The position numbers and the translations under genes were made by a program. 64,000 nucleotides of DNA, taken from Octopus vulgaris. Lineage: Eukaryota. Position 1 is the stretch's first letter; every line of letters begins with the position of its first letter. Location of the stretch: positions 19,778,001 through 19,842,000 of the forward strand of contig OX597819.1 in the NCBI GenBank assembly GCA_951406725.2. Reading direction: 5' to 3'. Below the pieces are notes generated by a model, which was not told the DNA's origin, made no database searches, and saw only the letters and a program-made list of their open reading frames with translations. Below are positions 36,757 through 51,810 of this stretch, piece after piece.

Positions 36757-38283
36757 TATATATATATATATTTGCATATATATATTGTATATGTTACAGA
36801 CAAAATGTTGTCGAATATAGAATTCTCTATCTCTCTCTGTACACACACACACACACATATATATATATGCGCATGTGTTTATATATGTGCGTGTTCATCC
36901 ATGACGTGAATTATACCTCCGTTTTTCATTAAAGTCAGCATGATGTCATATATTCTTTGTGAAAGAAGAATTTTGCTGCAGTTAACTGGCAGTATTTAAT
37001 GATAATTAGATATGAACTTTCAGAAAATTAAAACCAAAATCAATAACGGTAAATGATTAGCAATAAATATTCTAAAAAAGAAACCATTTGCCATTATTTT
37101 GAGAAGGCATCGTTGTTTGGAAGATATCATGAAGTATAAAATTATTGAAATGAAATTAAGAAGTCATAAATCAGAAGCCAGAGATATTTTTAATCATTCT
37201 AAATGGATTTATTTCTGTATTTTAACGATCTGTGTACTTTTCTGTAAGTTATCATAAATGGGTGTGTATAAGTGTGCATTGCGTCAAAGTAAACATTTGG
37301 CTGCAGCACTATTGTATTAGTATAAGAAGAACATATCTGATGTCGATGGATTGGTCGCGTTTGTAGAGTGCGTGAATAGCTTCTTGTCTTATGCTGTCTG
37401 TTAAATCTCATCAGAGTTGGTTTTGCTTTCAACCTAATGGATCCCGGAAATCGGATTAGTAATCTGATATCGGGGTTGGTCTAAACGACATTTTCCTCTC
37501 CTCCAAAATATCTGAATTATCCTTCCATCCATTAACGACCTCACAAAATTTCTCTTAAACTCCACGAATCTCCAACTTTGTTATGACCATGATATACATA
37601 AGCTGATACAGAGCGAAAACTCAAAGGGCCACTTCAAATTGAGAATTCTACTGCACTTGATTGTAGCACCCTCTTGTTATTCATACACTATACCTACAGA
37701 GCACCTCTCCGTGCAAATTCTTAAAGGTTTGCCTCTCAGTAACATCGCATCTTGTTGTTTGTTTTGGGGAATATTCTACACTCGCATTGCCTTGGAAATA
37801 TTAATAGGCACGTAACCATAAATGTTTCAATCCACAATTCAGTCTGTTCATTTTCCCTTTGTATGAACATAAAATATATTTATGCCATTCCTAGATATAT
37901 CGAGCAATGATAACCTTGTGCTAATTCTCATTTCCCACAATATGTTCAGATAATTGAAGACGATGAGTAGACCGAACGTTACTGCGCCGAGCAAAACGCT
38001 TAAGCGGTATTTCGTTAGTTTTTACGTTCCGAGTTCTCGACTTACCATCTTCCCAAAATTGCTGGCATTGTGTCAAAATTTAAATCAATATTATAAAATA
38101 ATTTAAACGTGAAAAACGCCTGAATAAACATTTCGAAATATAGTCAGCTCTATGATGAGAGTGTTTCTGACACAATTACCTTTGTTATGTCTCAAGTTTT
38201 ACTTATGTCGCCAAAAATATTCGCTTATGCATGTATGTATGTATGTATGTATGTATGTATGTATGTATGTATGTATGTTGTGT

Positions 38284-38602
38284 GAGGGCGCGTGGCTTAG
38301 TGGTTAGGGCATTCGGCTCATGATCGTAAGGTTGTGAGTTCGATTCCCGGCGACGCGTTGTGTCCTTGAGCAAGACACTTTATTTCACGTTGCTCCAGTC
38401 CACTCAGCTGGCAAAAATGAGTTGTACTTGTATTTCAAAGGGTCAGCCTTGTCACTCTCTGTGTCACGCTGATTATCCCCGAGAACTCCGTTAAGGGTAC
38501 ACGTGTTTGTGGAATGCTCAGCCATTTGCACGTTAATTTCACGAGCAAGCTGTTCCGTTGATCGTATCAGCTGGGACCCTCGTCGTCGTAACCGGCGGAG
38601 TC
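38284..38602 (+). mobile_element. Full-length SINE family B (tRNA-like head, CORE/V-like segment) inserted in (TGTA)n
   Basis: A box TGGCTTAGTGG, B box GAGTTCGATTCCC, GTTGTGTCCTTGAGCAAGACACTT, and tail CGTCGTCGTAACCG.CGGAGT. Confidence 0.9.
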
Positions 38603-39149
38603 TTTTAAGATGTATGTATGTATGTATGTATGTATGTATGTATGTATGTATGTATGTATGTATGTATGCATGTATGTATGTGTGTATGTATGTATGTATG
38701 TATCTATCTATCTATCTATCTACTATCTATCAATCTATACATGCATGCAATGATGCATGTATGCACGCAAACACATATACATACATGGTGGCTGACCCCT
38801 CGTTATCGAGTATGGCCATTGCACGAAGCTTAATCAATGTTGTTATCGTGCAATGCCTGTGCAAGAAGATTTTTTTTAAGTGAGTAAAGGCTGTGCACTG
38901 AGTCAATCCCACTCACAAAGCAACAGCAGCCATAATCCGAAAATAAGAACAAGTCAACATCGTCGGTAAACACTGAGCCGCAGGTTTTATGTCGGAGTTA
39001 TCCCAGTTACCTGAGTTACCTGAGTTACCTTCTCCTAGAAGGATGCCCTAACAAAGGCTTGGAGTCCTTCACTCCCAATGGTTTAACCGCGCGATCGGGT
39101 ATTCAGTCCGATTATTTCTATGTCCCCGCGCATGATACATACATTTATA

Positions 39150-39690
39150 CTTAAGAATTTCATCATATTATTATCAACTGTTAGAGCATGTCTTCCAGAT
39201 GGTATCATACCATGAAGCATGATACGGTGTCTATAACAGTCTGGAAACTGATAATGAAAAGGAAAGCCCTACAAATGAAGTTAACTGTATTGAGACACAT
39301 GGGCCAAAGGAATATTGGTGGAACTTCAAAACTAAAACAGCCACAGTATTAAAAAACCAGCGGACAGATATGCTGCGTGGGTACACAAGGAAAGGATATG
39401 TTCTGCTGTAGAAATCAGCTGCAAATTGGACACTAATGGGCTGAGAATAATTCAAGAGAAAGAGGAGATATACGGACCATTGATAAGGAGTATGCAAATC
39501 CAGTACACAACAAATATTTTCAACTCCATACCTGTTATCATCAGCGCCAATCTATATATAACAACTCGTTTGGAATAAAGTATGAACTTATAATAATGGG
39601 TGAGAACGTAAATCCTTAGTTTATACGCAACAAATGATCAGAATATCTGGGACCATAAAAGCTTTCAAAAACTTCTTAAGGCTTCAAGGG
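39150..39690 (+). pseudogene. C-terminal restriction-like endonuclease (REL) domain of an R4/Dong/NeSL-type non-LTR retrotransposon
   Basis: Across frameshifts: EFHHII.NC..MSSRW...HDTV (end of CCHC knuckle and RHD motif), YWWNFKTKTATVLKNQRTDM (PD motif), ICSAVEISCKLDTN, EKEEIYGPLIRSMQ, IPVIISA and ISGTIKAFKNFL. Confidence 0.7.
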
Positions 39691-40520
39691 TAACGTTTAA
39701 AATAAGATGCTTTCTTTCTCAAACTTGCTACCAAGTAGTTGAGCGGTCAAATGTTTTTTTTTCCTAAATTAAAATGAGAAACAGAAAATGAATGATGTAT
39801 ACATACATTCGTGAGCACCCCACGAAACCAAATCAGTTCACCTCAAATCTGCACTGTTACCATGTACAGCTAACTCCAGTTTAGTCTTTAGAATGACCTT
39901 AATATTGCTGTCTCAACAGCATAAATATATAATCACTGTAAACATCACATAACAATCAATCTCTGACAGGAGCGGAACTATCACAGGCAAGTGCCAAAGC
40001 TTGCTCGAAATTGGGCCAAGTAAGTCTGTTCCCTCAATGCGTAAAACTGGCAAAACGATAGTGCATCCCATAGACCGCTTCACATTTGTTTCCTATTTTT
40101 GCACTCCGAGGTCAAATCTCTCAATGATCAACTTTTTATTTATCCCGTCGAGAACGATGAAGGAAAAGTTCTAAATGAAGTCGATGGCTTAGCAGAGCCG
40201 TAAAAGCATTGAAGCCGATATCTTGAAGTATTTGTATCGCCTTATCGCGTTCTGAGTTCAAATCCCGTTATAACCCTACTGTGTGGAAGATGTTTACCGT
40301 CCCCAATTTTAATACCACCATCTGGTGGCTTGATACCTTTTAGCGCAGGTCATTATTTTCAAAGCTTTAAGCCAACTTTTAACTTTGAAATGCATTTCTG
40401 TCTGCCATCCACAATTCTCGAAATCTCGAAAACTCTGAAACGTGTCATGAGTAATTAACTGTCACCAAAATCAAAGAATAAAGATAACGAGAGTATGTGT
40501 TAGTTGCATGTTAATAGCCA

Positions 40521-40853
40521 GTGTTGGAGTCACTAGATTCGGGTGCAGTTGTTTGCCCCTTATGCAGAGAACTCTGTAGAACGCCTGAAGAACGATGCAT
40601 TTTCATGGACTGAATGAAGGAATATGTTTGGAACGAATACTCTTGGATAGAATTATCCTGCATCTAGATATTCCAGCGAAGAAATTGTTATTCGTGTTGT
40701 GGTAAAATATCTAAATGAAGTGGTCAGATTATCTGCATACGTAATCGATTTTCAATAATTTTAGTCCATGAAGTATATCGTTCTTCAGGCGTTCCGCAGA
40801 GTTCTCAACATAAGTGGCAAACACCTGCACCTGAAGTTACTGACTCTCAGCAT
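40521..40853. mobile_element. MITE-like element with ~90-bp inverted arms
   Basis: GGTGCAGTTGTTTGCCCCTTATG...GAGAACTCTG.AGAACGCCTGAAGAACGAT...TTCATGGACT is inverted against AGTCCATGAA...ATCGTTCTTCAGGCGTTC.GCAGAGTTCTC...CATAAG.GGCAAACACCTGCACC. Confidence 0.8.
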
Positions 40854-41584
40854 AAGAGACAAATACCTTCACCTGACTCTTTTCCGCTCATCAGTATTCA
40901 GCAATTGTACTTCACAGCCGTTCTGTGTCACTAAAATGACCAGCGGTGACACCTGCTTCGTGTTTGCATTCTGCGGCCAACTCTGATATTTTCAGACTCT
41001 TATCACTAAGTGACTCATTCACGACCTTCGACGGATTTTATTCAATTTCTGTATTAATTGTAGTCAATAGAGAATATTGCGATCAATGTGAGATCTGGTA
41101 GACACGTAGAACCTCTGGGCTCTCATTCGCTCCACAATCACAATCTTGAATTTGTCGGTGTTCAAATATAGGCCTCCATTTTCATGGTAGACCCACATTT
41201 ACCTGGATGTTGATTTTAATCACGCCATTATTATCGAGATATCGATTGTAGATGGTCCTTCGTAATTATGTAGTATTCATATCAATGCAAAGAAACTTCA
41301 CCCATAAGATGAAGCATTATCTTGAGGAAGGAAAAACTTGAACTACTAAAGGCTGTCTTACAAATATGTCTTACAAAGCAACATAGCTTCGCCACTTGAG
41401 CCAGTTTAGATGCGACATGTGAAAAGTGCATCCTAGGCTATAATAAATAAAAGGCCAGCCAGTGACAAACTCCCCAACACACCACCGCCTCTAGCCTTCT
41501 GCTACACGACGTTCTTTACCGCATCTGGAATTCTATATTTGCGAATCATCTTTCTACGTTTAGCATCTGTGTAACAGCGTAAGT

Positions 41585-41890
41585 CAATTCCATCGACCAC
41601 ACTTTGAAATTGTATTTATTCTATAGTCTCTGAAAGGGAAAAAAACATACTCGATCTGAGCTGAATTTGAACTCGGGACCTAAAGACTAACGAAATACCT
41701 ATTTCTTTACTACCCACAAGTGGCTAAACACAGAAAGGACAAACATGGACAGACAAACGGATTAAGTCGATTATATCGACTCCAGTGCGTAACTGGTACT
41801 TATTTAATCGACCTCGATCTCGGCGGGAATTGAACTCAGAACGTAGCGACAGACGAAATACCGCTAAGCATTTTGCCCGGCGGAGTAACA
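41585..41890 (-). repeat. SINE family A tandem dimer
   Basis: Same ACGAAATAC|CTATTTCTTTAC junction as the reverse complement of the 26731 and 62078 arrays. Confidence 0.8.
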
Positions 41891-41919
41891 ATTCTCTTAC
41901 CTAACAGCGTTGAATCATT

Positions 41920-43130
41920 TGATAATATTAAGAGAAGTGAGAACGAGCCTGAGGAGGTCCATGCTTGATATATCTATTAAGGATGTAAATATATATGATA
42001 GTCATACAAAAGAAAGGTGTTCAAAAGGGATTGTGGATTGGCACATACGTGGTTACGTTCCTCTTAATATTCTTAATAGCATAGCCTACAATATTTCGAT
42101 TCATTTTATCCAGATAAAATTTGGTTGGCGGAAGCCCGTCGGACAAGATTTTCTCATTTCACTGGTAATCCGTCAACCGACTTAACACTAATATATAGTT
42201 AGCAGGATCCTTTAAAGCATCCCCGGTCTCAAGATATAATTCACTTTTCTTAAAAGATTTGGGGTTGCCTGATAATTGTTTTTTTTTTTTTATTATCGCA
42301 CCTTGTCAGTCCAAAGGATGAAAATGGTAAATAAGATTTAATCAGTGACTATTACAACGCGTCTTTATATAAAGTACTGAGATATTGAATGAGATAATAA
42401 CATTTCAGTGCTTTGGTAGTCAGAGCAACGATTATCTCAACATGATACATGAATAGAATTCTTCAGTGAATTTATAATGAAACACATACATCCGAATTTC
42501 TGCAGACATTTAATGAGATCCATGACATCACTGTCTCTAGGATCATTTTATAGGATATGCCGGCGCCACAATTCTATATTGTCTTTGCTTAAATCATATT
42601 GGATTGCTCTACTTTCACCGAAATTGTCTAGAGAATCGACCCATTTTTAGATGATGGATGAGAACGAAGATTTCTCCATTAGATCAACTAGTGACCTACT
42701 GCTGGTTTCTAAGGGGAGTGAGAGGGGGAATGGGACATCGAGAGGAGTAAGTAATCAGTGCGCTGGAGGATGCGTCTGTTTATTATATATTTCTATAACC
42801 ATGGAAATATTTGATAGTGAAGTGGAGTGGTTTGTGCAAATAACATCTATAGTGTATCTCTTAGCCGATGCTATAAAGAAGATATTGGCACGTTTCCAAG
42901 TTGGTGGAGTGAAATATTGATGTGAAATATTAATGTGATTTATGGATATCACAAAGAAGTGAATTTATATTTTAGATTTCTTATCACAGACACAAATGTC
43001 AAGATAGCTGTGATTTTTTAAAATGATATGCCAAAATATTAAACTAGAGGCATTGTATGATAGATTAACGCCGAGATATTCTACAGGACACTTAAACAAG
43101 TTTGCTTTATTTTAGACATTTTTGTTTCTT
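41920..43130 (-). pseudogene. Old CR1/L2-group LINE reverse transcriptase relic
   Basis: FTPPTWKRANIFFI...NHSTSLSNISMVIE resembles FPxxWKxAxVxPI...NYRPISLLSxISKVFE. TSSRSLVDLM resembles FRxxRSTxDLL, and GESRAIQYDLSKD.IELW resembles GESRAIALDISKAFDxVW. Confidence 0.6.
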
Positions 43131-44362
43131 TCTTTCTTTCTGTAGTTTTTCGAAATTGAATGCCAAAGAAGACGTCGATAAAGACGAAAACAGGTCAAGA
43201 GAGGGAAAGAATGGTAACAAAGAATGAAAAGTATTACTAACGTTCGCAAATTCTAGCAGAAGCACTGAAAATTTTAGCAAAAAAGTGTATTTGATGTTCA
43301 GCTATTCAGATAATATTTGAAAATTCTGTCTTAGCAAGATGGTTATCTCTTCAAATTAGGTACATATACAGATGCCAATTTATTGAGAGAGCCACATTTG
43401 TAAAGCAATTAAGTTGGACTGCCAGACGCACACGTAGTTTAACTATTGATATAGATCTAATACAGGTTAGGTTTTCTGCTCTCTTAAGTAATAAGTACCA
43501 TATAGGAGTTAATCGATACTCAATATTGACTGATTTGATGTCATGAAAGAGAAACAACTTACAATCAATAGCCAGTTTACAAAAGCATATTCAAATACTT
43601 CTAGATTATGATGGTCTTCATTTTATTAAGAAATTTGTTACATCTGAAATTCAATTATCAATCTTGTTTTGATTCCTACACACAAATTATTACTCTCTTT
43701 TTTCCATTCCATTCCCCCTTGCGGTAGCGATTTTTAATTATTGCTTAAGATAACAATCTGCATATCCCAGACGACAGCAGAAATAAAATAAATAAAATAG
43801 CTAAAGTTAAATAAAAACTAGACTCTACTTTACTTACATGAATTCTGCGGACAATTTCCATTTGAAATAGCAATATCTGTGTATGCAAAGCACATTTATT
43901 ATTACACTGGTAGGTATGAATTACCTTTATCAATACAACGAACACTCTAGATAATTGTATAGTGTGAATTGCAAATACGCTGTATTTCTTCTCCTCCACA
44001 TTCCTATTATCCAGACGTATTTAAATGAAGTATCAATATTGTTCTGTTACATCAGCACAAAGTTTGAGCTCCAATCAATATTTCAACGGAATTCACACCG
44101 TGCTGCTTGTGGAATTCATTTTAATTGAGTCACTTCTAATTGTTTCTTAACCAACTACTTCCAGCTTCAGACGCAGCCTGCTCTCCATTATATGGCATCT
44201 TTCCTCCTCTTCTCTTTTACTTCACCCTAAGTTTTGGCATCTTCGATGAATTTCCTTCATTATTTATTCCGATCATTAACTCTCTATACGTTCCTTTTGT
44301 GGACCTAACGTTTGCAGAAGTTGTCATCATTGTCAACTATCACTCTTCATCTCTCTACTAGT

Positions 44363-44399
<37 letters not shown>

Positions 44400-44425
44400 C
44401 ATACATATATATACATATATATATT

Positions 44426-44456
<31 letters not shown>

Positions 44457-44497
44457 ATATAAATATATATACATATATATATATATATACATACATC

Positions 44498-44551
<54 letters not shown>

Positions 44552-44753
44552 TATATACATATATATATATAGGTATACATATATATGTATGTACATACAT
44601 ACATGCATACATACATATAATGCATACCAGTCAAGGACATTTACCTCCATGGGCAATCACCCCTCAGGACAACATATGATGAATTAAAACTTAATATATT
44701 GCAGAGGGGTTAATTATCGGATGGGGTAATTATCCCGATACACACACACACAC

Positions 44754-44832
<79 letters not shown>

Positions 44833-45087
44833 AATATATATATATATATATATTATTCGTATCAGATATGCTGCCACGGTACATTCATGTTGGGCACCAC
44901 TGCACTGAGATTGGGATTTTGTAATTCAACATATCATTCTAGCTGGACTGATTTTTCGTGCATGGCCTTTTTACCTCGATCGTCTGTCCATTTGGTGTCT
45001 GTGGGTGGTTGTCCTTGCGGCCCTACGCTCATGTGCTCAGACTTCGGTTTATCCGTTGTAGTTGATATCAAGATCTTGAGTTTCCCA

Positions 45088-46085
45088 GGTACTCATCATA
45101 AGAAATGCTGTTCACAGACGACGCATCACTGACAACAGACTCTGAAGTGCAAATGCAGGATCTCTTGGACAAACACTAAAAGGCCTTTCAGGATTTCAGC
45201 ATGACTATCAGTCTGAAAGTCATCATTGTACTGGGCCGATGTTCCGAGCATCGACCCAGCATCACCATCAACAACTACGAGCTGGACATGGTCCATGATT
45301 TCACCTACTTCGGCTCTACAATCGACGATGACCTCTCCCTGGACCCTGAGATCAACAGGAGAATTGTACAAGTATCCTCTACATTGCCAGGCTTGCAAAG
45401 AGGGTTTCGGGAAAAGAAAACTGGCTGCAAACATCAAGATTCCTGTCTATAAGGCATGTGTTCTTTGTCCGCTACTTTATGGCTGCGAGACGTAGAGTCC
45501 CTACTCTAGAGAGGAGAGCCGTCTCAGCATCTTCCACCTTCGTAACCTGAGACGCATCTTTATCAAGTGAACCGACCACATCACCGTCACCGAATTCCTC
45601 AACCGTACCAAGATACCCAACATACTCATCCCACTTCAGCAGCCTCGTCTACGCTGGCTCGGTCATGTACATCGCATGCTGGACAGGAAGATCGGAAGAG
45701 ACCTCCAGTATTGGGGATTGACCACCGGTGCAAAAGCACGAGTACGACACCCCAATAGTTTCACGGACTTCTGAAAGAGAAATATGAATGCGCTTGATCT
45801 GGGCATCCTGAGATGGGAGGAAAGCGCAAAGGATCGTCCACACTAGAGAAAAATACTGCGAAAGGGGACAAAGCGAGGGGAAGAAAAACAGGAATTTGCC
45901 ACCAGAGAAAAGAGCATTTGACAGAAGGAAAACAAAACAGTAGTGTCGAAATAGAGCGCCCCCAAGAACAGTCGATGTATGCATGACCTCCATTTCCGTG
46001 AGAACATATTCGGCCAGAGCAGACACTGCACTACTCTCAGCAGCTGACACGAATTCTTCGGGCGCAGGATACATCTCAGTCAACA
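45088..46085 (+). pseudogene. RTE (BovB-like) LINE, 3' ~1 kb
   Basis: EMLFTDDA (RT FADD), MTISLK, FTYFGSTIDDDLSLDPEINRRI, KIPVYKACVLCPLLYGCET, FHLRNLRRI, RLRWLGHVHRM and a C-terminal Cys/His remnant, with multiple frameshifts. Confidence 0.92.
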
Positions 46086-46291
46086 GAATCCCCTTATTTG
46101 AACGGCAAATGATACCACAAAACGTGTCTCAAAAATGACGGAAAACATCCTATTAATTAATGGGCCAACTTTTGGCAGAAACCTACCTGAAATAAGTTAA
46201 GGCACCACACCAATTTGTCGAAAAACCCTTGTGCTCTCTAAAGAACTGAATACAAAGAACACATCTTTTTGTGTATATTTTATTTCTGTCA

Positions 46292-46380
<89 letters not shown>

Positions 46381-46596
46381 TAGTCTTTTTCTTGTTTCAA
46401 TCATTTGACTGCAGCTATGCTGGAACACCACCTTCAGTCGAATACATCCACCGCAGGACTTATTCTTGGTAACCCTAATTCTTATTCTAACTCTCTTTTG
46501 CTGAACCGCTAAGTTACAAGGTAAATGCACCAGCATCGGTTTTCAAGCGATGTCCAGGAGACACACTCACACACACACACGTATACACACACACAT

Positions 46597-46669
<73 letters not shown>

Positions 46670-46830
46670 CAGCGGACTCCTTTCAGTTTCCGTCTACCGA
46701 ATCCACTCACAAGGATTTGGTCGGCCCGAGGCTATAGTAGGAGTTACTTGCCAAAGTTGCACCAGAGTGTGACTGAAACTGAAACCATGTGGTTGGTAAG
46801 CAAGCTACTTATCACACAGCGACTTCTGCG
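46381..46830 (-). mobile_element. SINE family C copy with internal microsatellite
   Basis: Collinear with 268-750, with (CA)n(TA)n at the same internal position. Partial copies lie at ~5130-5310, 23370-23430, 28820-28965, 60065-60195 and 62735-62800. Confidence 0.8.
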
Positions 46831-47702
46831 CGTGTGTATAATTATCTATATATCTATCGTTAAGCCTATCACATCGTAAAGTAAATACCACCATGACCGA
46901 TATACAAACTACACTGAAAAAAGATTAGCCACTGCATATGGTTAAAAAGCGACGATGAGCGATGGCTAGAAGAATATTGAGTTTTATTTCATAACCAATT
47001 GGTCTAGCAACCAGGGCCTCATATCAGTGAGAGGGGCCGGTGCACCATTATGCCATCGAGAGTTAGGCCCCGAAACAACTTATATTCTCTTATGAGACCC
47101 ATTACACTTGCTGGGGTCCACTACGCGGAGCTTTCGACTGGTAGCACTTACATGTACAAGTTGTTTGGAATATATATATATATGAGAAATGCATGAAGGT
47201 GGAATGAATTACTAGTGAACAGGATGTAATTAAGCGACAAAGAATTTGATTTGTTTTTTGAATTTTCTGTAATTGTACACTTAACCTTTAATTTTAATTT
47301 TAATTTCTTGTGAATGCATTCCTATACTTAAATGTGTTATATTTTCTGCCGTTGTAACTTTACTTGCTCTGCTTTCCACTTGCACCACGATGCTTTCTTT
47401 CTCATTCTCTTCCATTTTTCCTTTCTCTCTTTCTCTTTCTCTCTCTCTCACTCGCGCTTCCTCTTTCGACTATAATTCTCCAGACCGAGTTTTTTTCCAC
47501 TCACTCTCTCACTAGCATTTTCTCTATCCTTCTAGCTACCCAGCTCTCTCAGTCTCCCCATTTCAGGCCACCCACTCTACTGAATGTCCACCACTCCTAT
47601 TTTTCAGCCCTTTCTTTCACAAACTTTGCTCTCTCATCACCTCGCCACAGTTCCCTCACTCTCTGTTTCCCTCGCTCTGTCCCACTCTCTCTCTCTCTCT
47701 CT

Positions 47703-47753
<51 letters not shown>

Positions 47754-49037
47754 TTCAGTAAAAAAAAAACACTTTTTATCCTCTCTAAATATTTGTTTTC
47801 ATTTTCTGTTCCCTCATTTTGTCTGCATTTTATGTCAAAGAAGATCTCTCGTGATCGCCTGTGTTTTCTTTCATCACACTTACTTTCGCATCATTTCTCA
47901 TGAAAGCACAAACGATACCTAATTTCTCTGAGCGCCGTAATCGTAAACCCTGAATAAAGTGGTCGCTGATGAAATATGGTTATCCATCATTTTTTTTTTT
48001 ACTTAGATTGTTTGACACATTTCGACATTATTTTGATATATATATGAATGTCTATGTACAAGTGTGTGTGTGCTTATCTTCTCTTTTCGTTTAACAATCA
48101 TGCCCGATTACAAACCTTTCCACCTCCACCTCCATCACCGTCTAAAATAATTCCTTTGCACACTTCCTTTCCGCTGCTTTCACACTTCTATAAACCTTTC
48201 CCTATTAATTTAAAAAAAAACTCGTTTCCGTGCTAGGATTCTTAATCCTAATTTCCTAAATTTCCCCTTCTATCAATGTTCAGTACTACAAAGAATGAAT
48301 AAATAAAGAGGCAACTTTCATAAATAAATATCTTCCCCAACTCAATATGAACACATTACATAATACAGAACACTAATACTAGTTTAATACTAAACTTTCA
48401 ATTAATAACGCTAACCCCTATATATCCCATACACCATTCACATTACAGATCTATATCTACCCTAATTGCACCAAATCCAGAACTACTTTCCTCTCTTATA
48501 CACAATCTTTTTACTCAGGAACTAGTAGACCTGACACCGTTCATTAATCGGTGTGCATTCAAAGTAATGATTGGTAAATTTACGAAACCGGTATGCTTTT
48601 AAATCTCTTTAACATTTCACAATAATAACTTTTATGACTTTTATTCATCAGTTCATCTAATTGTTTATATCTATCGTTTCTTTTTATAAAATCCTGTACT
48701 TTTTTGATTTCCAATGTGCATTTTCGCTTCTGTTTCTTCTTACTTTTCCTGCTTGCCCGATGGCAAGTGCGCCCCAGCGCCATTAGAATCCATATATGAG
48801 GGCCCATGTTAGTATCTAAAGGGGCCATCCCCTCAAATTTGTGAAATTTTATTCACTTCTGGTAGAGCGCATTAATTATTTCTGCCGGATTGTGTTTCTA
48901 GACACTTTTAACAAAAAAAAAAAAATTAATTATGGCATTGTAATTTCACATGGGCCCCTTAGTCTCCTGGAAACCACTGTTTTTAGACCCAGTCCGCCAA
49001 TATATCTCTCTCTATCTCTCTCTTTTTCTCTCTCTCT

Positions 49038-49101
<64 letters not shown>

Positions 49102-50840
49102 ATAAAATGCAGTGTTGAACGAGAGAGTAAGAGATGCAATTTCAGACGTGCGACAAACTAACTTCATGCCGCAAATATTTATTTTAAGAGCAATTCAAAG
49201 ATAAAATGGTTATAGTGAAAATGTAGCAAGTCTGGTAATCATTGTAGGCAAGAGGATTATGTGCCTCGCTTTGAATTTTTGTGCACGGTTTTACTCCCAG
49301 AAAGGACTTGGAAATTATGCAGCAAGTCAGATGTCTGGAGTCTCAACAATAAATATTAAGTTGAACGCACACGCATTTCCAGATATTTAAAAATCATTCT
49401 AGATAATGGCATTTTAAAAATTCAATATATAAATCGATAATTAATTATGAGACAAAGCGAGGTTATGATGAATATTTAAATAATTCGGTGATGGTGCAGG
49501 AGGTAAGGATATAAGATCATAAATATTTGTTTATATATTGATAACATTGTAATTGTGTACTTATATATGCAAGACATTGGACTTTTTGTTTATGTTTGTT
49601 TATGAGTCGCTAATATTATATTTTTCTATTTATATATCGAAGGCATTGTTCGCTTTTTGTTTATACATTGATAACATTATATCCACCGTTTCTTTGTTGA
49701 TTATTTTTCTCTTCTCATATATTTCATTTCGGCGTAATCCTCATTTCATAAAGTTTTGTATTCATATATAACATTTAAGGCTAATTTAATGATTTCTGAC
49801 ATTGCCACAAGGCCACACGCTCCGTGGAATAGTTATTTGCTGGTTATATCCACTCCCATACAAGATATCATTTTTTTTTTTTATTATTTCCTTTTTTATT
49901 ATTATTTTAACAATCTCGAAATGATGAACAGCTCAGTGAACGATAACTCCTTTCGTGATTCACCGAGACAAGTCGTTAGCGATATTTCCTAACTTCCTTT
50001 TGTGTTTTAGGTCTTTCAACATGAGAAACCATCAATTAGATTGGCACAGGCGTTGTTGATCGAGCCCCAGCTCATGTCTACCATGGTGTACACCTACCTG
50101 GAAGCGCTGTCCCTTCCCAGGGTTGCACCTGCTGACCCACGAACATCTTCAATCTTCAAAGGTCCATCCATGCCACAGCCGACATAATAGCCATCGAACT
50201 ACTGGTCCCCGTGACGCCAAGTATTTCGCTGGCTCTGCCGAGAGATTGGTCGGCGACCCCTCTCCTTCAAACTAATATGAGATCACAACCTCTTTGTCAC
50301 ACATTCTGTTAGCATAACTCCAGTATTTCAGCGTATTTCTTTCCCTTTCTCTTATTTGTTTTTTCGACGCGATCTTCCAGAGGAACGAAGAGTTTGAACA
50401 GTATCATTTGCTTGATGCTTCTAAGATAAGCAGTGTATGATACCTCTTTTTGATATTGAGATAGCATATAAAAAAAAAAAAACACATGCATTACTTGATA
50501 CATCTGGTATCCCTTGAGAAAATTTCTGCTGGTTTTGGTTATTGGTGATAGGATCTGTTTCTTGTTTGATTTGTTTTGGGAATAATGTTAAATAGAAAAG
50601 GTCCTCTGAAGAAAAGAGATTTTGTGGTGAGCCTGAATTGTGTAGGGAGCGGTTGACACATGACCCCAACCTTGCATGAATTCTGAATGAGACGTTAAAC
50701 TCACTTGGAAAATGCTGTTGATATATACATCACATTGTGTAAATGATGTAGCGTTGGAGAGAATAAATATTTCATAAAACATATTGAAAATCGCCTCTTC
50801 AGTGCACCGGAATTAAATAAAATGAGTGGTGTTAAAAGTG

Positions 50841-50904
<64 letters not shown>

Positions 50905-51745
50905 CAAATGCGTATTATCATCAAGCTCGTGGTGGCAGAATGTAGTATGTGAAAATAGTAAAAATTATAAGATACACATAAATGAACGACCAATGGCAAA
51001 CGTGGTCACGTCTTCCAAATCTGAATGGGTACGACATTAATAAGAACAACGCTAACAATGATGGCACTGAGAGTAATGATGTCACTTGTAGTTTCGGGTT
51101 GTAAATCGAAGTTAGAGTGCTTGTGGGCAAATCCATTGTCTAGTTTTATCGCAGGAAATAAAGACATTCTGTAACGTAGCAGACGTCAAAGAAAGCGGAG
51201 AAAAGAACAACCGTACAACCAGCTGATCCCCATTTTAAATTTCACTCATATTAATGCCACACATACTTCCTCTCCACAAAATATCATTCAATTTCACATA
51301 CGTACACCCACTCATATGCATATATGTACACACACGTGCGCGCGGGCACACACACACACACACACACGCACACTTATATATATGAAGACGTACGATGAAA
51401 ATTTGACGTGCGTTTTAACTGACAGCTGATATCCAGTATAATATTCTAATATGCCGAGACACAGATATGCATGTGTGTGTGGCAAGGTATCTGCTGTTTT
51501 ACATCTAAATATTCTGGAGAAAATAGCCTATATTCGGAGGCATTGAAAAGAATATATCTTATAAGCAACAAATTTAATGTCTGAGAATATAAATTGTGTT
51601 CTGTATAGTTAAATGTAGAACTGCGCACATATTTGAATAATCTAATAACCTGTCGTACGGCAACGAGCACTACGTGACATTATATTTACATATTACGTAG
51701 GCAAAAGGAAGATATAGTGTACATGCTGTAATTTCAACACACACA

Positions 51746-51810
<65 letters not shown>

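Noticed and set aside
38780-39130. Possible RTE-related SINE or 5' UTR fragment (CCTTCTCCTAGA...CAAAGGCT)
   Set aside because: The resemblance is from memory only. There is no second copy in the window and the boundaries cannot be defined.
47364-47922. Longest ORFs in the window (179 aa and 112 aa, Leu/Ser/Phe-rich)
   Set aside because: A pyrimidine-rich (CT)n low-complexity tract that is depleted of stop codons.
50030-50300. GC-richer patch with minus-strand FQVGVHHG, resembling RT GVxQG
   Set aside because: A single weak motif with no ordered flanking motifs, so not supportable by eye.
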